This document shows, in pieces, positions 59,496 to 64,000 of a stretch of DNA of 64,000 nucleotides. The notes under the pieces were generated by a model, which did no database searches, had not been told where the DNA came from, and worked only from the letters and a program-made list of their open reading frames with translations. Source of the stretch: Kineosporiaceae bacterium. GTDB lineage: Bacteria; Actinomycetota; Actinomycetes; Actinomycetales; JBBAYJ01. Location: the NCBI GenBank assembly GCA_050329835.1, contig JBHJOJ010000022.1:14502-78501 (forward strand). Direction: 5' to 3'. Position 1 is the first letter of the stretch; each line of letters begins with the position of its first letter. Both the position numbers and the translations under genes were made by a program.

Positions 59496-59996
59496 TCACG
59501 GGTCGGGCGGGTTCAGGGGTTCGACGAGGACGGAGGTCGGGCTGAGGACGTCGACGATCCGCACGTCCGTGCCCCGGGGCAGGGCCGCGCCGGCCCGGGC
59601 GTTGAGCCGGGTGATGGCGCCGGCGACGGTGGTCCGGACCGTGCCGAACCCGTCGTCGGGGATGTCGTCGACGACGGTGCCGTAGGCCCCCAGCAGTGCC
59701 GCCGACGTGATGGCCGGGTCGTCCTCGTCCCGGTCGAGCAGCCGGCTGAGCCAGATCGCGGCACCGGCCACCGCGATGGCCGCCGCCCCGCCGTAGACGA
59801 CGGCCGCCGTCCGGTCGCCGCCGGTGAGCGAGTCGGCGATCGCCCCGCCGAACCCGAAGGCCGACAGGCCCGCGCCCACGGTCATCGGCGACAGCCAGTC
59901 CGGCCCGATGTCGACCGCGTCGAGCACCCCGCCGCCGACCACCCCGATCGCCAGCACCAGCAGGCCGACGCCGCCGAGTACCAGGAACAGCGTCAC
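59496..59996 (-). CDS. NfeD-family membrane protein
   Basis: Hydrophobic N-terminal half plus a C-terminal OB-like GTVVDDIPDDGFGTVRTTVAGAITRLNARA. GAGGAGG SD. Immediately upstream of the flotillin gene. Confidence 0.8.
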   Translation of the reverse strand: MTLFLVLGGVGLLVLAIGVVGGGVLDAVDIGPDWLSPMTVGAGLSAFGFGGAIADSLTGGDRTAAVVYGGAAAIAVAGAAIWLSRLLDRDEDDPAITSAALLGAYGTVVDDIPDDGFGTVRTTVAGAITRLNARAGAALPRGTDVRIVDVLSPTSVLVEPLNPPDP

Positions 59997-60117
59997 CCGG
60001 CCTCCTCGCGCCCGCCCGGCCGGGTCCGTCCGGCCGCCGGGACGCTACCAGCGGTGCGGCGTGCGAGGATGGGTGCGGGCGCAGGTGCCCCGCCGTCCGA
60101 GGTCACAGGGGATCGAG

Positions 60118-60426
60118 ATGCGGCTGCTCGCCTCGCTGAGGAACCGGCTGCGCCGGGTCGTCGGCACGGACTGCCGGCACCCCGACCCGGCGCGCGTGGC
60201 CGAGCTCACGGCGGCCCTGGCCCGCCTCGACCGCGAGATCGCGCGCATCCGGCGCTCCGACGGCGCCTACGCCCGGGCCCACCACCTGCACGCGGCGGTC
60301 CGGGCCTACGGCGACGTCCTCGACGAGGCGCGCCGGGTGGCCGGGATCCCGGCTCCCGACGGCGACGAGGACGTCCGCCGGATGCTGGCCGAGGTCGAGC
60401 TGCGCACCCGCGGCTGGGACTGGTGA
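60118..60426 (+). CDS. Hypothetical protein (102 aa)
   Basis: High GC3 downstream of the ATG at 60118, helical. No domain recognised. Confidence 0.45.
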   Translation: MRLLASLRNRLRRVVGTDCRHPDPARVAELTAALARLDREIARIRRSDGAYARAHHLHAAVRAYGDVLDEARRVAGIPAPDGDEDVRRMLAEVELRTRGWDW

Positions 60427-60455
60427 GGATCACCCGGGCGTCCGGCCGTCCCCGC

Positions 60456-61295
60456 TCACCCGGCGACGCAGTGGTTCTCCAGCGTCCCGATCCCCTCGAC
60501 GGACGTCCGCACCAGCGAGCCGGGGGCGAGGAACCGCGGCGGTGTCCGCCCCATCCCCACCCCACCGGGCGTCCCGGTGGCGACGAGGTCGCCGGGCTCC
60601 AGCGTCACCACCGTCGAGAGGTCGGCGACCAGGGTCGCGACGTCGAACACGAGGTCGTCGGTCCGCGAGTCCTGCATCACCTCGCCGTCGACCTCGCACG
60701 TGATCCGCAGCCCGGCCGCACCCGCCGGCAGCTCGTCCGCGGTCGTCAGCCACGGGCCCACGGGGGTGCACCGGTCCCACGCCTTGCCGGCCAGGTACTG
60801 GGAGGTCCGGCGCTGCCAGTCCCGCATCGACACGTCGTTGAGGACGGCGTACCCGGCGACGTGGTCGAGGGCGCGCTCCCGCGGGATCCGCCGGCCGGGG
60901 GCGCCGATGACGACGGCCAGCTCGGCCTCCCAGTCGACCCGGTCCGACTCCGGCGGCAGCGGGAGGTCGTCGCGCGGGCCGGCCAGTGAGGCGGCGAACT
61001 TCGTGAACCACATCGGGTGCTCCGGACGCCGGCTGCCGGTCTCGGCGACATGGGCGGCGTAGTTGAGGCCGACGCACACCACCTTGGCCGGGCGCGGCAC
61101 CACGGGGGCGAGGTCGGCGCTCGTCGCGTCGGGCCCCACGGCGAGGTGCTCTCCGCCGCCGGCCGCGGCGGTCCGCCAGTCGGGTAGCGCGAGGAGGGCA
61201 CCGACGTCCGGGGAGTCGAGGAGGACGGCGGTCCCGTCGGCCTCGAGCCGGGCCGCGCGGGTGGTGCCGGCGAGTCGCAGCGTGAGCAGTCGCAC
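60456..61295 (-). CDS. Fumarylacetoacetate hydrolase-family protein
   Basis: KVVCVGLNYAAHVAE, DWEAELAVVIG and GDLVATGTPGGVG motifs. GTG start 3 nt after the luxR-type stop. Confidence 0.9.
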   Translation of the reverse strand: MRLLTLRLAGTTRAARLEADGTAVLLDSPDVGALLALPDWRTAAAGGGEHLAVGPDATSADLAPVVPRPAKVVCVGLNYAAHVAETGSRRPEHPMWFTKFAASLAGPRDDLPLPPESDRVDWEAELAVVIGAPGRRIPRERALDHVAGYAVLNDVSMRDWQRRTSQYLAGKAWDRCTPVGPWLTTADELPAGAAGLRITCEVDGEVMQDSRTDDLVFDVATLVADLSTVVTLEPGDLVATGTPGGVGMGRTPPRFLAPGSLVRTSVEGIGTLENHCVAG

Positions 61296-61298
61296 GTG

Positions 61299-61757
61299 TC
61301 AGATCAACCCCTTCCGGATGGCGAAGGCGACGGCGTGGGTCCGGTTGCGCAACCCGAACCGCTCGACGACCGCCTGCAGCGTCATCTTGACGGTGCGCTC
61401 GCTGCACCCCAGGTTCGCGGCGATCTCGACCGTCGTGAGGCCGTCGCCCGCCAACCGCAGGACGTCGAGTTCCCGGTCGGTGACGACGTCGATGCGGGGA
61501 CGTGAGCGGGCCGGGGGATCGGCGCCGGTCGTGGGCCGTGGGGTCGCGCCCGCCGGCCCGCTGCGGCCGGGCCGGCCGTGGGCCCGCAGCCACCCGGCCG
61601 CGAAGCCGGTGAGGCGCGCCGCCTGTTCGCAGCTGTAGCCCTGACGTGCGACGAGGTCGAGGGCCTGGTCCGCGGTCCAGCCCGGCAGGGGTTCCCCGGC
61701 ACCCGGCGCTGCGACGGACTGCCGGGCAGTCCCGGTCACGTGAGGCCCGCCGTCCAT
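61299..61757 (-). CDS. LuxR-family HTH regulator
   Basis: C-terminal LTDRELDVLRLAGDGLTTVEIAANLGCSERTVKMTL. The start is uncertain (ATG 61757 chosen). Confidence 0.7.
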   Translation of the reverse strand: MDGGPHVTGTARQSVAAPGAGEPLPGWTADQALDLVARQGYSCEQAARLTGFAAGWLRAHGRPGRSGPAGATPRPTTGADPPARSRPRIDVVTDRELDVLRLAGDGLTTVEIAANLGCSERTVKMTLQAVVERFGLRNRTHAVAFAIRKGLI

Positions 61758-61896
61758 GCAGGTCGACGATATGCCCCCCCGGGATCCCGACTCGCCGTGA
61801 CGCGGGGCGGGATCGGCGCAGGTGCCGCGGCACCGCCGGGCCGGGCCGAGCGCTCCGGCCTTGCCGCACGGTCGGTCATCGGGTTCGCTGACTCCC

Positions 61897-62124
61897 ATGG
61901 GGCTCCATGTCAAGGTGCAGGACCTGCCGAGGGTCGGGACCCGCTACGACCTCGCCGGCGCGCGGGTGCCGCAACGGGTCTCCGTCGTCGTCCACAAGGA
62001 CGGCCACCGCGAGCTGTACGCCTTCGAGGCCGCCGGCACGGATCCCACGGCCGTCATCGAGCTGACCGAGGACCAGGCCCGCCTGCTGGCCGCCGTCCTC
62101 AACGGCTCCTACGTCGTCGACTGA
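61897..62124 (+). CDS. KhtT-like antiporter regulatory subunit
   Basis: 75 aa: VKVQDLPRVGTRYDLAGARVPQRVSVVVHKDGHRELYAF follows the KhtT N-terminal pattern. Directly upstream of the CPA2 gene. Confidence 0.7.
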   Translation: MGLHVKVQDLPRVGTRYDLAGARVPQRVSVVVHKDGHRELYAFEAAGTDPTAVIELTEDQARLLAAVLNGSYVVD

Positions 62125-62151
62125 CCGACCCGACCCCGGAGGACCCCGCGC

Positions 62152-63729
62152 GTGCTCCCCCTGCCCGCCGTCGAGATCGTCGGCGAGGTCTTCGGCGTCG
62201 CCGTCAACGACCTCATGGCCTTCGGCGCCCTGCTGCTGGGCGCCGCGCTGCTGGCCCGCCTCGGCCGCCGCCTGGGCCTGCCCACCATCCCGTTCTTCAT
62301 GGCCACCGGGATCCTGCTCGGGCCGGCGATCCCCGGCGTCGAGCTGTTCGAGGACCCCGCGACGCTGGAGTTCCTCGCCCTCGTGGGGCTGGTCCTGCTG
62401 CTGTTCCACCTGGGGGTGGAGTTCCCGCTGGAGCAGGTGCGGGCCTCCGGCGGCAGGCTGGTGCTCGCCGGGTTCGGCTACATCCTGCTCAACGTCCTCG
62501 GCGGGTTCGGGCTCGGCACGGCGCTCGGGTGGGGGGTGCCCGAGGCGCTCGTCATCGCGGGGGCGCTGGGGATCTCGTCCAGCGCCATCGTCACCAAGCT
62601 CGTCATCGAGCTGCGCCGGCTGGCCAACGCCGAGACCCCGCTCATCCTCGGCATCATCGTCATCGAGGACCTGTTCCTCGCGCTCTACCTGTCGCTGCTC
62701 GGTCCCGTGCTCGGCGACGCCGGGAGCCCCGGTGAGCTGGCGGCCGACATCGGCGTCAGCTTCCTCTTCCTGGCGGTCCTGCTGGTGGTGGCGCGCTTCG
62801 GCGGCCGGGTGATCGCCGCGGTGATCCACAGCCGCGATGAGGAGCTGCTGACGGTCGGCGTGCTCGGCCTTCTCCTGCTGGTCTCCGGCACCTCGGCGCA
62901 GCTCGGGGTCTCCGACGCGATCGGCGCCCTGCTGCTCGGTCTGGTGGTCTCGCGGACCGCGCTGGCGGAGCGGGTCGAGAAGGTGGTGCTGCCGCTGCGC
63001 GACGCCTTCGCCGCGCTCTTCTTCGTGGCCTTCGGCTTCAGCATCGAGCTCGGGGCCCTCGGCGCCGTCGTGGTCCCGGCCCTGCTGGCGGTCCTGCTCA
63101 CCGTCGTCCTCAACCTGGTCGCCGGGGTGGGGGCAGCGCGGCTGTACCGGCTCAACCAGCGGGCCGCCGCCAACATGGGGACCACGCTGCTGAGCCGAGG
63201 CGAGTTCTCGCTCATCCTCGCCTCGCTGGGGGTGGCCGCCGGGCTGGACGGCCGCGTCGGCCCGTTCATCGCCCTGTACGTGCTGAGCCTCGCCGTCGTC
63301 AGCCCGCTGGCCGCGACCAACTCCCGGTTCATCGCCCGGGTGCTGCCCGACGTCCTGTTCCGCGGCGACTTCCGCTACGTCCGGGAAGAGACGACCACGA
63401 CCGGCTGCACCCACCTCGACCACATCCGGACCACCACCGGCCGCACGCCCGAGGGCTGCGAGCAGTGCCTCGCCACCGGCGACTCCTGGGTGCACCTGCG
63501 GCTGTGCAACGAGTGCGGCATGGTGGCCTGCTGCGACGACTCGCCGAACCGCCACATGACGGCGCACTACCGGGCGGAGGGGCACCCGATCGTCGAGTCC
63601 TTCGAGCCCGGGGAGCGCTGGCGGTGGTGCTATCCGGACGAGATCCTCGTCGTCGGCGGGCCCCCGGCCCGGATCGACGGCGGCATCCCCGACGTCGACT
63701 CGCCGGTCACCTCCTCCGGCGGGTCCTGA
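62152..63729 (+). CDS. CPA2 cation:proton antiporter fused to a C-terminal UBP-type zinc finger
   Basis: ~12 TM helices of Na+/H+ exchanger type. In-frame C-terminal CTHLD...GCEQCL...WVHLRLCNECGMVACCDDSPNRHMTAHYRAEGHPIV. GGAGGA SD plus GTG start. Confidence 0.85.
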   Translation: MLPLPAVEIVGEVFGVAVNDLMAFGALLLGAALLARLGRRLGLPTIPFFMATGILLGPAIPGVELFEDPATLEFLALVGLVLLLFHLGVEFPLEQVRASGGRLVLAGFGYILLNVLGGFGLGTALGWGVPEALVIAGALGISSSAIVTKLVIELRRLANAETPLILGIIVIEDLFLALYLSLLGPVLGDAGSPGELAADIGVSFLFLAVLLVVARFGGRVIAAVIHSRDEELLTVGVLGLLLLVSGTSAQLGVSDAIGALLLGLVVSRTALAERVEKVVLPLRDAFAALFFVAFGFSIELGALGAVVVPALLAVLLTVVLNLVAGVGAARLYRLNQRAAANMGTTLLSRGEFSLILASLGVAAGLDGRVGPFIALYVLSLAVVSPLAATNSRFIARVLPDVLFRGDFRYVREETTTTGCTHLDHIRTTTGRTPEGCEQCLATGDSWVHLRLCNECGMVACCDDSPNRHMTAHYRAEGHPIVESFEPGERWRWCYPDEILVVGGPPARIDGGIPDVDSPVTSSGGS

Positions 63730-64000
63730 GGCGGGCGGGGCCCGGCAGCCGCCGGGCGGCGACCAGCGCGGCGCCGGCACCGACGAGCCCGGCCGCCGTC
63801 AGGACCAGCCCGCCGAGGGAGGCCCCCGTCAGCGCGAGACCCGCTGCCGGAGAGGTGGAACGATCGGCGGGCGGGCCGTTCGAGGGGCCCCCGGCCGTCG
63901 TCGGCGGGCCGGGGACGGGCCCGTCCGGCGCCCCGCCCGGCCCGCCCTCGCTCGACTCGACCGCGACGACGGTGACGGTGCCCGGGGCCGAGACCGTCCC
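63707..64000 (-). CDS. 3' end of a cell-wall-anchored surface protein (partial, runs off the window)
   Basis: My own translation gives ...PAAGLALTGASLGGLVLTAAGLVGAGAALVAARRLPGPARLRTRRRR*. This shows an LAxTG sorting motif, a hydrophobic helix and a basic tail, with no internal stops across 97 codons. Confidence 0.55.
   Translation of the reverse strand, partial: GTVSAPGTVTVVAVESSEGGPGGAPDGPVPGPPTTAGGPSNGPPADRSTSPAAGLALTGASLGGLVLTAAGLVGAGAALVAARRLPGPARLRTRRRR

Overview
Very GC-rich sequence with third codon positions almost all G/C, consistent with an Actinomycetota chromosome (lineage is inference). Most of the long listed ORFs are antisense or out-of-frame shadows, so I kept only frames supported by protein motifs, GC3 bias, SD sequences or start/stop coupling. 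Housekeeping and stress genes: putA, furA-katG, lgt, ggt, a recQ-like helicase, an M14 carboxypeptidase, a MATE pump, flotillin-NfeD, and a KhtT/CPA2 antiporter pair. These are interleaved with accessory material. There are four toxin-antitoxin modules: two VapBC pairs bracketing putA, MntA-HepT, and a MazEF-like pair. There is a copper island: a DUF305-RR-HK operon, then copZ-csoR-copA with CsoR-type operators and a deleted second P-type ATPase. Several genes are decayed or frameshifted: KTSC, MazF, SHOCT, a truncated ABC exporter and a duplicated putA 3' end. I saw no rRNA, tRNA, CRISPR array, transposase or integrase. Main candidates for a second look: (1) an orphan Hsp70-like ATPase overlapped by an uncharacterised repeat protein; (2) a NERD-UvrD helicase isolated between large non-coding gaps; (3) an ATGA-coupled Uma2 nuclease/RecQ-like helicase pair; (4) a MerR-aldo/keto reductase fusion behind a classic 19-bp-spacer MerR promoter; (5) a CPA2 antiporter fused to a UBP-type zinc finger; (6) a VapBC cassette inserted into the putA 3' end, leaving a duplicated remnant. 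All family calls come from motif recognition by eye; no database search was run.
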